DNA from: Acaryochloris marina S15
GTDB taxonomy: Bacteria > Cyanobacteriota > Cyanobacteriia > Thermosynechococcales > Thermosynechococcaceae
Assembly: GCF_018336915.1 (NCBI RefSeq)
Contig: NZ_CP064923.1
Coordinates: 1,140,001-1,172,000 of the forward strand
DNA length: 32,000 bases
Direction of reading: 5' to 3'
Under the pieces are notes generated by a model. The model was not told the DNA's origin. It did no database searches and saw nothing but the letters and a program-made list of their open reading frames with translations. The position numbers were made by a program, and so were the translations under genes. Positions 1 through 9,164 of the stretch are shown here, piece by piece (position 1 is the stretch's first letter; each line of letters begins with the position of its first letter).

Positions 1-310
1 GGCAGCGCGTTTTGACACCGCATAGGGTTCGAGTCTTAACGCTGAAGTTAAAATCAGTCGCTTTTAACGTTGGCGGTGGATATTGGCGTGACTGGGTGAT
101 GAAGTTCAACAGCTGATTCATCTTCTCGTGAGACTCAGCGTCTTGGCAGTCCAGCCATTCTTGATGTAATCGGGCTTTTTTACGATTGAAGTGGAGAGAG
201 GTATAGCTCCCTGCTAGAAAAACGGTTTTCCCAGCTCCTCGAAACCCGATACTCAAGATGTTATGGGTGAGAGGAGGTTGCCTCGAAAAGAATTGAGCGA
301 CACGCTGCAT
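1..310 (-). CDS. P-loop NTPase-like protein, N-terminal part only (gene runs off the left edge)
   Basis: Absent from the ORF track because it is open-ended. Reverse-strand ATG at 308-310, then no stop to position 1. Hand translation: MQRVAQFFSRQPPLTHNILSIGFRGAGKTVFLAGSY..., with a Walker-A-like GFRGAGKT. It starts 9 nt after the stop of the upstream 319-1164 gene, so the two are probably co-transcribed. Confidence 0.5.
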   Translation of the reverse strand, partial: MQRVAQFFSRQPPLTHNILSIGFRGAGKTVFLAGSYTSLHFNRKKARLHQEWLDCQDAESHEKMNQLLNFITQSRQYPPPTLKATDFNFSVKTRTLCGVKTRC

Positions 311-318
311 TGTTGGGG

Positions 319-1164
319 CTAGATTAGTTCTGAAAATAAAGTGTTCCAATCAATGGTGCTAGGTCGAGCCCCCTCACTCATTATTTCAAAAACCTTGCCA
401 ACTGTGTGGGAATTCTGTAAACAGGCGACACAGGCAGTCGCCAAATCAATCCGACTGGTTTCTCCTGAGAGCTGATCTCCCGTGCCAACGACAATACCTA
501 ACTGACTTTCCGTTTTGGCTTTCAGCAGCGTATTCAAATCGTAGGAGGTATAGGGACCATCGATTAGTCGACCCGGACGCACAATCGTATAGGGCAAGCC
601 TGATTGACGGAGTGCTGTTTCGCCCACCAGCTTGGCATCCAACACGCCAAAGGTATTGAGAATACTGAAGGGCAGTTTATCTTTGCGCTCAATGCCACAA
701 GCAGAGACGAGCAGAAACCGCTTTAAATCCTGGGGAGCAGCATCCACCAGATTTTGCCCCCCCACGGCATCCACCTTTTCAGGGCTGTTATCCGCTTGCG
801 CTCGACAATAGCTCGGCTTGGCATATCGCTTAAACCATTCCCACCGAGTTGAAACTTCTCGAAATTCCCACCGGGCTGAGGGAAAGGCAGTGCTGCCAGT
901 GCAGGAAATAATATGGGTCACACCGGGCATCGCTGCTGGTAATGTGTCGGCCTTTCGGGTATCGCCCACCACAATCTCAACTTGATCGGCAAACATCTGT
1001 CGGGCTTTGTCGGCATTGCGGGCAAGAATGCGCACCTTGATGTTTTGGGCGAGGAGCTCTCCCACCGTCAATTGCCCCACCCCCCCTGTGGCTCCTACCA
1101 CTAAGACCAGATCAGACTCAGGATTTAATTCACCAGAATGGGACATAGGTTCGCGCCCAACCAC
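319..1164 (-). CDS. NAD(P)-binding Rossmann-fold protein (atypical SDR / NmrA-like family)
   Basis: 281-aa ORF. N-terminal dinucleotide-binding motif VVGATGGVGQ followed by ...VRILARN.... Length and layout are typical of NAD(P)H-binding atypical SDRs. Confidence 0.8.
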   Translation of the reverse strand: MVGREPMSHSGELNPESDLVLVVGATGGVGQLTVGELLAQNIKVRILARNADKARQMFADQVEIVVGDTRKADTLPAAMPGVTHIISCTGSTAFPSARWEFREVSTRWEWFKRYAKPSYCRAQADNSPEKVDAVGGQNLVDAAPQDLKRFLLVSACGIERKDKLPFSILNTFGVLDAKLVGETALRQSGLPYTIVRPGRLIDGPYTSYDLNTLLKAKTESQLGIVVGTGDQLSGETSRIDLATACVACLQNSHTVGKVFEIMSEGARPSTIDWNTLFSELI

Positions 1165-1213
1165 TCAAGACGTCCCCTTCAGCATACCCTTGAGCTGCTC
1201 TCCCAGAGCTGAT

Positions 1214-2311
1214 TTAGGCGACCAAGTCCGGGAACACTTGCTGGACTGCAGGGTGAACCAAACGGTGTTGGTATACATTCAATCCCTTCTGCAAGGCTAC
1301 GTCTTGTTCTAGGGCCTTTAAGCCCTGGTTGGCAAGTTTGGCCACAAATGGGAACGTACTATGATTCAAGGCTTGGGTCGCCGTCCATGGCACTGCCCCC
1401 GGCATATTGGGAACCCCATAATGGAGGACACCCTCGGCTTCATAGACTGGATCAGTATGGGAGGTGGTGTGTAGGGTTTCGATGCAGCCCCCCTGATCCA
1501 CGGCGACATCCACAATCACCGAACCTGCAACCATTTTCTGAACTAATCCACGAGACACCAGGATGGGTGCCCGCTTGCCGGGTACAAGGACTGCACCAAC
1601 CAATAGATCCGCCGTGGGTAATACCTGTTCTAGATGCCGAGAATTGCTGTACAGCAGCTCTATCCGAGAGCCAAACAGGGTCTCAAGATAAGAAAGCCGC
1701 TCCACATTAATATCCAAAATGGTCACATGAGCCCCCATGCCCACAGCGATGCGAGCCGCTTCTGTGCCCACCACGCCTCCACCAAGAATGACAACTTTGC
1801 CGGGTTTAACTCCTGGAATTCCCCCTAGCAAAACACCTCGTCCGCCTTGCTGTCGCTCAAGAAAGTGAGCCCCAAACTGGATGGAGAGACGACCCGCGAT
1901 CACACTCATGGGCGTCAGTAAAGGCAAAGAAATGCGATCTGGCAAGGTCACTTCTACAGTTTCATAGGCGATGGCACTCACGTTGGCCTTCATTAACTGC
2001 TCGGTTAATGTGCGATTCGCGGCCAAATGCAGATAGGTAAACAGAAGTTGTCCTGACTGCAGTAAGCCATACTCTGCGGGTAAGGGTTCTTTTACCTTGA
2101 CCACTAACTCACGGTTCCAAGCCTGATCGGCTGTGGCCACTATTTTGGCCCCAGCCTGCAGATAGTCACTATCTGGAAAGCCAGCACCGATGCCAGCCTG
2201 CGTTTCGACAAAGACTGAGTGACCTTGCTGTCCTAAAGATTGAACACTAGCAGGACTCAAACCAACGCGAAATTCTTGATCCTTAATTTCCTTCGGTAAA
2301 CCGACTTCCAT
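1214..2311 (-). CDS. ald: Alanine dehydrogenase
   Basis: 365-aa ORF. N-terminus [20 protein letters not shown] is characteristic of L-alanine dehydrogenase. Central NAD-binding glycine motif [17 protein letters not shown]. The size fits Ald. Confidence 0.9.
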   Translation of the reverse strand: MEVGLPKEIKDQEFRVGLSPASVQSLGQQGHSVFVETQAGIGAGFPDSDYLQAGAKIVATADQAWNRELVVKVKEPLPAEYGLLQSGQLLFTYLHLAANRTLTEQLMKANVSAIAYETVEVTLPDRISLPLLTPMSVIAGRLSIQFGAHFLERQQGGRGVLLGGIPGVKPGKVVILGGGVVGTEAARIAVGMGAHVTILDINVERLSYLETLFGSRIELLYSNSRHLEQVLPTADLLVGAVLVPGKRAPILVSRGLVQKMVAGSVIVDVAVDQGGCIETLHTTSHTDPVYEAEGVLHYGVPNMPGAVPWTATQALNHSTFPFVAKLANQGLKALEQDVALQKGLNVYQHRLVHPAVQQVFPDLVA

Positions 2312-2334
2312 ACCCCACCTCGCTAACCGCCTAT

Positions 2335-2739
2335 TTACACGGTAGACGATGCAACTGGGAAAAACAGTTGTTTAAACACCGAGAAACGCGAACAATCCCA
2401 ATAGTCAATATGGCTACAGACTAAACCGGCTTCGTTGAGCTTCAGTTCGCTGCGGCCCGTAATCGCCATCTGGGGTTTCCAGGGGAATGGTGCCTGCCAA
2501 TATAGGGTCCAGCGGGTGAGAATTTCGTTGTCTTGCTGATCAATGCCATGAACTTCCATGCGGGTATTGATAAACCACTTCTGGATAAAGCCAATCATTT
2601 CCTGATACTTGGCAACGCCGCGAAACTGGTTGAGGGGATCTTTGAAGTAAACATCCTCTGCATATAAGTCAAAAGACTGGTTCTCGGGGAAGCGGTCGTA
2701 GTCTGATTGAAGGCGCTCCAGAATGGTCATGGTTGTCAC
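2335..2739 (-). CDS. Conserved hypothetical protein, NTF2-like fold (DUF2358-like)
   Basis: 134-aa ORF with no signal peptide. The motif VYFKDPLNQFRGVAKY resembles the cyanobacterial/plant DUF2358 family. This assignment is from memory, not from a search. Confidence 0.55.
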   Translation of the reverse strand: MTTMTILERLQSDYDRFPENQSFDLYAEDVYFKDPLNQFRGVAKYQEMIGFIQKWFINTRMEVHGIDQQDNEILTRWTLYWQAPFPWKPQMAITGRSELKLNEAGLVCSHIDYWDCSRFSVFKQLFFPVASSTV

Positions 2740-2763
2740 AAATATCTGTATTCGAACCGTAAC

Positions 2764-3744
2764 TTATATTCGATAGGCTTGGGCAAACCGGGGAATACCG
2801 GCTAAATCTGGATGAATTTGAATCTGCGTGTACTGGCCTTGGTTCATGAGGAGTGCTTTAACGGCTTCATCTTGACCACACATCATCTCTAGAAGTAAGA
2901 CACCACCGGGCTGTAGGTATTGGGGTGCGATCGCAACTATCTCCCGCACCGCCTCTAATCCATCCCGGCCCCCATCCAAAGCCAGATGGGGCTCATGGTC
3001 AAACACTTCAGGCTGCAGGGTCGGTAAAACGTCCGTCGGGATATAGGGTGGATTACTGACAATCCCAGAAAACTGACCTTCAAGCCCTCCTAAAGGTTCA
3101 AACCACTGGCCTAAATGAAAGTGAATTTGCTGGTCTAAGCCATAGGTCTGGCTATTGCCTTGGGCAACCGCTAGGGCTGCCTGACTACAGTCCACGGCAT
3201 GCACTGTCCCTTGGGAAAAAGCCGTCGCCAACCCTAATGAAATGGCTCCACTTCCGGTACCCAGATCGGCCCATAAATGGGTCTGTTCTAGACGAGCAGA
3301 GTTTTGAGCTGCATCTACAGCCAAGTCAATCAGCAATTCCGTTTCTGGGCGAGGAATCAGGACATCTTTTGACACCTGCAGATGAAACTGCCGCCAATGG
3401 GAGGTTCCCGTTAAATGTTGGACAGGAATGTTTTCAGTTAGTCGCTGCTGCCAAAGCTGCTGTAATTCTGCCAAAGACACCTGCATGATCCGGGTCTCTG
3501 ATGGTGCTAGCTTCAAATCGAGAGGTTCTAGATCCGAGACTTCTAACAAAAGCCAGTCCAGTTCCTGCTTTAAATCAACACGCGATCGCCCCTGCCCTGG
3601 AGACAGATCTGCGATCGCGTGTTGATACCATTGCCAAAGTCTCTGACCCGAGACCTGGAAGGCGTTACTTTTTAGGGGTTGCCGCTGGGGTTGCACTAGG
3701 CTTCTGGGGCTGAGCGCCATTTTTCTTCTGCTGCTGAACAGCAT
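2764..3744 (-). CDS. prmC: Release-factor glutamine N5-methyltransferase (PrmC/HemK)
   Basis: SAM-binding motif DLGTGSGAI and catalytic NPPY (IVSNPPYIP). The longest ORF overlaps the 3' end of the upstream gene (3665-4471) by 80 nt, so the true start is probably internal (for example the Met at about 3720). Confidence 0.88.
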   Translation of the reverse strand: MLFSSRRKMALSPRSLVQPQRQPLKSNAFQVSGQRLWQWYQHAIADLSPGQGRSRVDLKQELDWLLLEVSDLEPLDLKLAPSETRIMQVSLAELQQLWQQRLTENIPVQHLTGTSHWRQFHLQVSKDVLIPRPETELLIDLAVDAAQNSARLEQTHLWADLGTGSGAISLGLATAFSQGTVHAVDCSQAALAVAQGNSQTYGLDQQIHFHLGQWFEPLGGLEGQFSGIVSNPPYIPTDVLPTLQPEVFDHEPHLALDGGRDGLEAVREIVAIAPQYLQPGGVLLLEMMCGQDEAVKALLMNQGQYTQIQIHPDLAGIPRFAQAYRI

Positions 3745-4471
3745 ACTCTAAGGCATCTCGGGACGGAATCAGCACAATTTGTTTGGCGGTAGCATCTTCA
3801 GACTTGAACAAAGAGCCCACCAGGCGATCCAAGGACGTCACCTGAATTTTGGTGGTGCCACTTAGGGGGTTATTTTGCTTCTTGAGCTGGTCGATCATGC
3901 CCTGCAAATCTTGCTTGCGAAAATAGAAGGGGATGATCTTCTCTTTACCCTGCTCAATCGTCAATAATCCCTTTTCTTTGCCGCCAATGGCGAAGAACAT
4001 GGGGACGCCCTGAAACTGCTTCACATCCTGGCCTTCCTGCTTCAGGATGGCCTTGGCAAGATCGACTTGCTCTTTATTCGGGATAAATTGGAACACCAAT
4101 TCATCCTGCTTATCCTTATTCTTCTTCGTGATTTCGTAGGCATCTCGCAGAGAAATCAGAGTCACGCGGGCGGACTTACCAATTTCTGGCTTGTTAGCCT
4201 TTAAGTTGTTGACCAAATTTTGAGCATCCGTTTGGCTCATAAAAAAGGTCGCCACTTGGATCTTTTTGGTCTTATCTTTCGGGTTCGGGACAGCTGCAAG
4301 AACAGGTGACCCTTTTGCGTCTGTTACTGCAAAAGTAGGAACCGTTTCAAGGCGCTTAACCGCTTCCGCTTCGGGAATTGCGATCGCAGCTTCTTGCTGC
4401 ACTAGAGAGGTACCGACAAAGCCACCTCCGGCCAGGCTAACTATCAGACCCCAGCGAATTAATCCTTTCAT
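3665..4471 (-). CDS. Tic22-like periplasmic protein
   Basis: 268-aa ORF with an N-terminal signal/anchor (MKGLIRWGLIVSLAGGGFVG). LETVPTFAVTDAKGSPVL and a later repeated half resemble the cyanobacterial Tic22-like family. Family call is from memory. Confidence 0.55.
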   Translation of the reverse strand: MKGLIRWGLIVSLAGGGFVGTSLVQQEAAIAIPEAEAVKRLETVPTFAVTDAKGSPVLAAVPNPKDKTKKIQVATFFMSQTDAQNLVNNLKANKPEIGKSARVTLISLRDAYEITKKNKDKQDELVFQFIPNKEQVDLAKAILKQEGQDVKQFQGVPMFFAIGGKEKGLLTIEQGKEKIIPFYFRKQDLQGMIDQLKKQNNPLSGTTKIQVTSLDRLVGSLFKSEDATAKQIVLIPSRDALEYAVQQQKKNGAQPQKPSATPAATPKK

Positions 4472-4658
4472 AGCTCCTCTCTAATTGCTCAAAATTTAGA
4501 TGTGCGTGAGTTCAAACAAACCCGATATTCGTGACCTCAAACCCATGCTCTTATGCCATGAGTATGCACATAGCAGAGTTAAACCTTAACACCGATCACT
4601 CGTCTGTCAAGTTATGTCTCGGGCGAATGAAATCTTCAAATCCCACGTTGATATTAAG

Positions 4659-4689
4659 ACGGCTGGAACCAAGGTATAGTTCCAGCCGT
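4659..4689 (-). terminator. Hairpin downstream of the PadR-like gene (candidate intrinsic terminator)
   Basis: Perfect 11-bp inverted repeat acggctggaac (4659-4669) / gttccagccgt (4679-4689) with a 9-nt loop. It lies 30 nt past the stop at 4720. The U-tract is weak. Confidence 0.35.
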
Positions 4690-4719
4690 AAGGTCATTCA
4701 ATTAAAGGTCTAAAGACGT

Positions 4720-5100
4720 TTAAGTCAACACTAAAGACTCCGTCAAGGCAGGATCCTTACCCAAAAACTTTAGCCACAGTTGGGACAGGTTCTGAGCATC
4801 CTTTTCTCGTCCCTCGGCCACTTGGTACATCCGTCGAGGTCGACCTCGGCCAGACTCATTTTGCCAGTACCCACTCAACATCTCCTCATCAATGAGGAAA
4901 TTAAGGGCAGCATACAGCACCGTGTCAGAAATTCGATACGGAGGGTGATTTGCTCGAATATGCTTCAGGAGAGCCGTGCCATAGGAATCTCCTTCTTCCA
5001 GCAGAACCGTCAGGATATAGCAGACAGCTACTTCCTTAGTAATGTATACGGGTGGCGGATTTTTGAAATACTGGTGGATGTCTTGGACGTTCATAGTCAT
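4720..5100 (-). CDS. PadR-family winged-helix transcriptional regulator (Pex-like)
   Basis: 126-aa ORF. ...GDSYGTALLKHI...SDTVLYAALNFL...GRGRPRRMYQV matches the PadR HTH plus wing pattern. The arrangement resembles cyanobacterial Pex. Confidence 0.75.
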   Translation of the reverse strand: MTMNVQDIHQYFKNPPPVYITKEVAVCYILTVLLEEGDSYGTALLKHIRANHPPYRISDTVLYAALNFLIDEEMLSGYWQNESGRGRPRRMYQVAEGREKDAQNLSQLWLKFLGKDPALTESLVLT

Positions 5101-5633
5101 ACCCCTTGGTCTTTATAAAATGAATTTAGGCATCGCCTCTTCACAGATCGACATGGGGATAAGCGATGGCCTGGTTATTACTCAAACCTTTGATTCACTT
5201 TTCCTAGCCTAGCAAAAATTTCTAAGGAAAAAAATTAGAGTTTTCTTAGAAAACTCAGAAACCACTCATCAATTTGCATTATGCAAGAATAAGGACTGCA
5301 AATTATTTATTTTTGTAAATGAAATCTGCTGTAGCGAGATTGATATATTGAATGATGCTTTGCTCGAATGCTGAGTCTACCAAGCTACTTAAACCCATTC
5401 GATCAAAGTCCGTCGCTTTTTAGCAGTAAAAAAAAGTAATCATTAAAAATCAAAGAATAAGTTTTTCTTTATTGAACAAAGGTATAGTCTCGTGGCCGAA
5501 AGATTAGACCTTTGTTCAGTAAAGATAGCTCACATAAACACCAGAGCCTTGAAAACAATCATGCTATCGGTTTGCACTCAAAGGCCAGAGAGAGTTCTCT
5601 AACTTTGTGAAGAAAACGTGAATGATAGGCAAA

Positions 5634-5674
5634 GATTATCAGAGTCTCAAACAATCGGCTTGACTCTGATAATC
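5634..5674 (-). terminator. Hairpin directly downstream of the 5683-6048 gene (candidate terminator)
   Basis: Perfect 13-bp inverted repeat gattatcagagtc (5634-5646) / gactctgataatc (5662-5674) with a 15-nt loop. It begins 9 nt after the reverse-strand stop and is followed on the minus strand by tttgcc. Confidence 0.45.
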
Positions 5675-5682
5675 ATGAGGGC

Positions 5683-6048
5683 TTACTTGACTCCAGGAGG
5701 AGAATTGACCTTCAACTGATGACAACCTGGGCGAACAGACATGGCAACACTCGCTGCACCATTGGGGCCACAGGTCACCAACTTAGCGCCATCTTCTGCA
5801 CCCCCAATATTGGCATCTGGCTCGGCACCTTCAGAGGGAGAAGCACTCTCAGGAGTGATGCTTTCTTCGGGAGGAGCGGCTTCGGTCTCGATAGGGGGCG
5901 CTGCCTCGGGGGGCGCTTCCGGTGTCATCGAACCATCAGGGGTCGGACTGATGGGCATAGAATCAGACTCAGATTGAGCCAAGGTCGAGGCGGTGGGTAA
6001 AAGCAAACACATGCCCAGACTAATAGCGGCAATCGCTTTCATTTTCAT
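5683..6048 (-). CDS. Small secreted Pro/Glu/Ala-rich protein (hypothetical)
   Basis: The signal peptide MKMKAIAAISLGMCLLLPTASTLAQS and the upstream GGAGG Shine-Dalgarno (rc of cctcc at 6055-6059) support the minus strand. Low-complexity EAPPEAAPPIETEAAPPEE region. Two Cys near the C-terminus. Confidence 0.7.
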   Translation of the reverse strand: MKMKAIAAISLGMCLLLPTASTLAQSESDSMPISPTPDGSMTPEAPPEAAPPIETEAAPPEESITPESASPSEGAEPDANIGGAEDGAKLVTCGPNGAASVAMSVRPGCHQLKVNSPPGVK

Positions 6049-6290
6049 GCTGATCCTCCGTGGGATATCCCAGTAAAAAACTGTGTATCACGATACAAAG
6101 TCCCAGTGAATATATGGTGAATGGGATCAAATTTGCACCGAGAGGGCTCCCAAAAGCTCTCGTCCCGCCTGGGTAAATTAAAGCTTTGTAGCAGGACTAG
6201 AAGAAGCGGAAGTGAGTCTACTAAGCTGGTTATTGGATTTTTCGGGTCCCATCAATTCATTGCTGATATTCGGTATTAGGGAGATTGGTT

Positions 6291-7577
6291 ATGCTTCGTC
6301 AACGTCTAGTTTCTGGGGCGGCTTTAGGTCTTTGCTATGCCATTGCAGGGTGTCAACTCTCCTCCCCGACCTCAACAGGAGACGGCCTCAAACTAGGAAC
6401 GCTACTCCCCATTACCGGCGACTTGGCGCAATATGGCACTCCCATGCAAGACACGGCTGATCTACTAGTGAAGACGGTGAATGCCTGTGATGGGGTATTG
6501 GGCAAACCCGTTACCTTAATCAGTGCGGACACCCAAACGGATCCGGCCCAAGGTACCCAAGCCATGACCAAACTCGTTGAAGCCGATGGAGTGGTGGGGG
6601 TAGTGGGAGCTGCCTCTAGCGCCTCATCCAGCGCCGCGATTCCTATTGCAGTACGGCGTCAAGTGGTGCAAATCTCTCCCGCTAGTACAAGCCCTGTTTT
6701 TACTGAACGGGCTGAAAAAGGCGAATTCAAAGGATTTTGGGCCCGAACGGCACCCCCTGACACCTTTCAAAGTCAGGCTCTCGCCCAACTAGCGAAACAA
6801 AAAGGGTTTAAGTCCATCGCTATTTTGGCCATCAATAATGACTATGGGAATGGCTTAGTTTCTGCCTTTATCCCCGCCTTTAAAGCAGTAGGGGGGACGG
6901 TGGTCAATGAAGCTCGGCCCACTTTCTACGATCCGAATACCTCCACCTTTGATACAGAAGTAAATCAGGTATTTAAAGGGCAGCCCGATGCGGTACTACT
7001 AGTGTCCTATCCCGAGACAGGCAGTTTAATCCTCAAGTCTGCCCAAGAACTCGGGTTTCTAGAGGGGAAAACGGCATTGATTACCACTGACGGCATGAAA
7101 GAGGCTAGCCTTGCCGATTTAGTGGGGAAAAATGACCAAGGGAAATATCTAGTGGCCGGGATGTTGGGGACAGCTCCCAGTGCAGGTGGCCCGGCATTAG
7201 CTGCCTTCCAGAAACGCTATCAAGAGGCTTTCGAGCGGGAGCCCGGCGTCTTTGACCCTAATACTTGGGATGCGACAGCCCTACTGGTTCTGGCTGCCGA
7301 GGCTGCTAAGGAGACCACAGGAACGGGGATTCGAGAGCAGTTAACCGAGGTTGCCAATGCACCCGGGGAAGAAGTAACAGATGTCTGTGAAGCCTTGGCC
7401 CTGTTACGGGACGGTAAAGCCATCAACTACCAGGGAGCCAGTGGCACGGTCGATCTGAACCCTCAGGGCGATGTCACCGGGAGTTATGACATTTGGAGCA
7501 TTGATGACCAGGGCAAACTCCAAGTCAATGACACCATCGATATCACGGGAGCAGATACTGCCACCACCCCAGAATAA
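6291..7577 (+). CDS. ABC-transporter substrate-binding lipoprotein, type-1 periplasmic binding fold (Leu/Ile/Val-binding-like)
   Basis: Lipobox-like LCYAIAGCQ. LKLGTLLPITGDLAQYG...VVGVVGAASSA...ISPASTSP is typical of Peripla_BP_6 / LivJ-like proteins. An ATG at 6291 follows GGGAG; the ORF track begins at TTG 6285. No permease or ATPase gene is adjacent. Confidence 0.85.
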   Translation: MLRQRLVSGAALGLCYAIAGCQLSSPTSTGDGLKLGTLLPITGDLAQYGTPMQDTADLLVKTVNACDGVLGKPVTLISADTQTDPAQGTQAMTKLVEADGVVGVVGAASSASSSAAIPIAVRRQVVQISPASTSPVFTERAEKGEFKGFWARTAPPDTFQSQALAQLAKQKGFKSIAILAINNDYGNGLVSAFIPAFKAVGGTVVNEARPTFYDPNTSTFDTEVNQVFKGQPDAVLLVSYPETGSLILKSAQELGFLEGKTALITTDGMKEASLADLVGKNDQGKYLVAGMLGTAPSAGGPALAAFQKRYQEAFEREPGVFDPNTWDATALLVLAAEAAKETTGTGIREQLTEVANAPGEEVTDVCEALALLRDGKAINYQGASGTVDLNPQGDVTGSYDIWSIDDQGKLQVNDTIDITGADTATTPE

Positions 7578-7580
7578 GTG

Positions 7581-9059
7581 TTAGCTCTCTTCCACTGCAG
7601 TACCGTCATCGGTAGGATCTAATTTTTCCTGCAGCTCGGTTTTGATGCGGTTCAAAATAGTGGCCTGATCTAGAGAAGAGAGAATCTCGTTGACCACGGT
7701 TTTGGGGCCATTGGGTCCCCAGGATGCCCCATTGATCAGGTACCGTTTGGTAACTTCACCAATCCCATAGGAAGAGACACCCGCTACAGCTGCTTGCGAG
7801 ATGGCAACAGAAACATAGGGCAACAGGGAGGCTCCCCCCGTCGCCGGAGCCGCTAGACTGAGTAGCCCTTTGAGGGAACTTAGTCCCAGGGTGGTGAGGA
7901 GTTCCGTAGCCCCAACGCCGCCCATGGTTAAGGCAATTTTGCGCAGTAAATCCACGGCCCCTTTTTGGGTCATGGAAATGCCGTAAAGCTTAGAGAGGGT
8001 CAGGATCATGGCAATGTCGATGGCGGCACTGCTGATCACATCCACAACGGTGACGGGATTGAGAGCAATGGCGACTGCTTTAGCCATTACCCCGCGCCAA
8101 ATGATCTGATTCGCACTGCGATCGCGGATCCGCATCTTCCGCTCAATCAGCTGCTCATTAATATCATCGGCATAGAGCATGGTGTTCAGGGCCACCAGGG
8201 ATTTACCTTCTCGCTCCAACACTTCTAAAATCTTCAGCTTTAGATCCTGGACTTGGGGTGGTCCTGGTACGAGTTCTGCTCCCAAGCGACCATCAGGATA
8301 TTGAATCGCTTGGGCCATCAGTGGGGCCGCCGAGGCCATGACAATCTCATCGGCAGACAGCAACTCTCGCACCCGTTCGTCTCGGATTTTCTCGTAAATG
8401 GCGTTGCGATCGGCTTCGGGATATTGGTCCACTTTATTGAACACCAGTAGGATCGGTTTACTGGCCTGCCGCAGCTCCGATAGAGCCTCAAACTCCACCT
8501 TGGTCATATCCCCAGCAATCACAAACAGAATCAAATCCGCCTGCTGGGCAATTTGGCGGGCCAGTCGTTCCCGCACCTCACCATCGACTTCATCGATGCC
8601 GGGGGTATCAATCAGCTCAATCCGGGACTGCCCCACCCCTTGCAACGACACCCGAATCGCATCTTCACCGGATTTTTGATCCACAAACCAGCTAGCCTGC
8701 TGACTCTGTTGGGTGACTCCATGCACCGGCCCGGTAGCAAAAATGGACTGTCCCAACAAAGCATTCAAGAGAGACGATTTCCCTCGACTGACCATGCCAA
8801 ACACGGCGATGTGCACCACCTGTTTTTCCAGCTTGTCGAGCATGGACTGCAGGGAGTTAATTTCGGTTTCCAAGCCTGCTCGTTCTCGGGGAGAGAGATC
8901 GAGTTTCTCCACTAAGGTTTCTAGGGCAGAATGGGCTTGCTGATACCCGAGTTCTGCCTGCATTTGCTCAAAATCTTGGATGGTCTGGTCCAGTTCAGCT
9001 TCTAAGGTTTCTGGATCAGAATGCTCAAAGGCGTAAGGATTGGGAAAACCGGAGGTCAT
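7581..9059 (-). CDS. GTP-binding protein with C-terminal membrane-associated DUF697-like domain
   Basis: G1 GMVSRGKSS, G3 DTPGIDE, G4 NKVD. The hydrophobic Gly/Ala-rich C-terminal half is as in YcjF/DUF697-type GTPases. Same strand as the kinase array and 105 bp downstream of it. Confidence 0.8.
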   Translation of the reverse strand: MTSGFPNPYAFEHSDPETLEAELDQTIQDFEQMQAELGYQQAHSALETLVEKLDLSPRERAGLETEINSLQSMLDKLEKQVVHIAVFGMVSRGKSSLLNALLGQSIFATGPVHGVTQQSQQASWFVDQKSGEDAIRVSLQGVGQSRIELIDTPGIDEVDGEVRERLARQIAQQADLILFVIAGDMTKVEFEALSELRQASKPILLVFNKVDQYPEADRNAIYEKIRDERVRELLSADEIVMASAAPLMAQAIQYPDGRLGAELVPGPPQVQDLKLKILEVLEREGKSLVALNTMLYADDINEQLIERKMRIRDRSANQIIWRGVMAKAVAIALNPVTVVDVISSAAIDIAMILTLSKLYGISMTQKGAVDLLRKIALTMGGVGATELLTTLGLSSLKGLLSLAAPATGGASLLPYVSVAISQAAVAGVSSYGIGEVTKRYLINGASWGPNGPKTVVNEILSSLDQATILNRIKTELQEKLDPTDDGTAVEES

Positions 9060-9164
9060 AAAGAATGCATGGAAGAAACGCTCCTAGCGTGATCTCTAGG
9101 GTAGCGTTATCCAGAAGATCTGCATCAGCAGGAATGCTGAACTCGCCCCTTCTAGCTAGCCCGA

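Noticed and set aside
20-45. tRNA-like T-loop string gggttcgagtc near the left edge
   Set aside because: The flanks cannot form T-arm or acceptor stems, and the string lies inside an open reading frame with a P-loop motif.
1007-1828. Plus-strand ORFs 1007-1312, 1348-1710 and 1634-1828
   Set aside because: They are antisense shadows of the well-supported SDR-like and alanine dehydrogenase genes. Their products are low-complexity, Pro/Arg/Ser-rich and have no motifs.
3237-3713. Plus-strand ORFs antisense to prmC (3237-3488, 3428-3625, 3501-3713)
   Set aside because: They lie entirely inside a gene with clear PrmC motifs on the other strand and have no features of their own.
3665-3744. 80-nt overlap of prmC with the Tic22-like gene
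   Set aside because: This is most likely an over-extended prmC start (longest-ORF artefact), not a real long overlap or a programmed event.
5719-6000. Plus-strand ORFs 5719-6000 and 5741-5977 opposite the Pro/Glu-rich gene
   Set aside because: The minus-strand frame has a textbook signal peptide and a GGAGG Shine-Dalgarno. The plus-strand frames are Gly/Arg/Ser low-complexity mirror images.
7965-8943. Five plus-strand ORFs inside the GTPase gene
   Set aside because: They are antisense shadows. The minus strand carries the G1/G3/G4 motifs.
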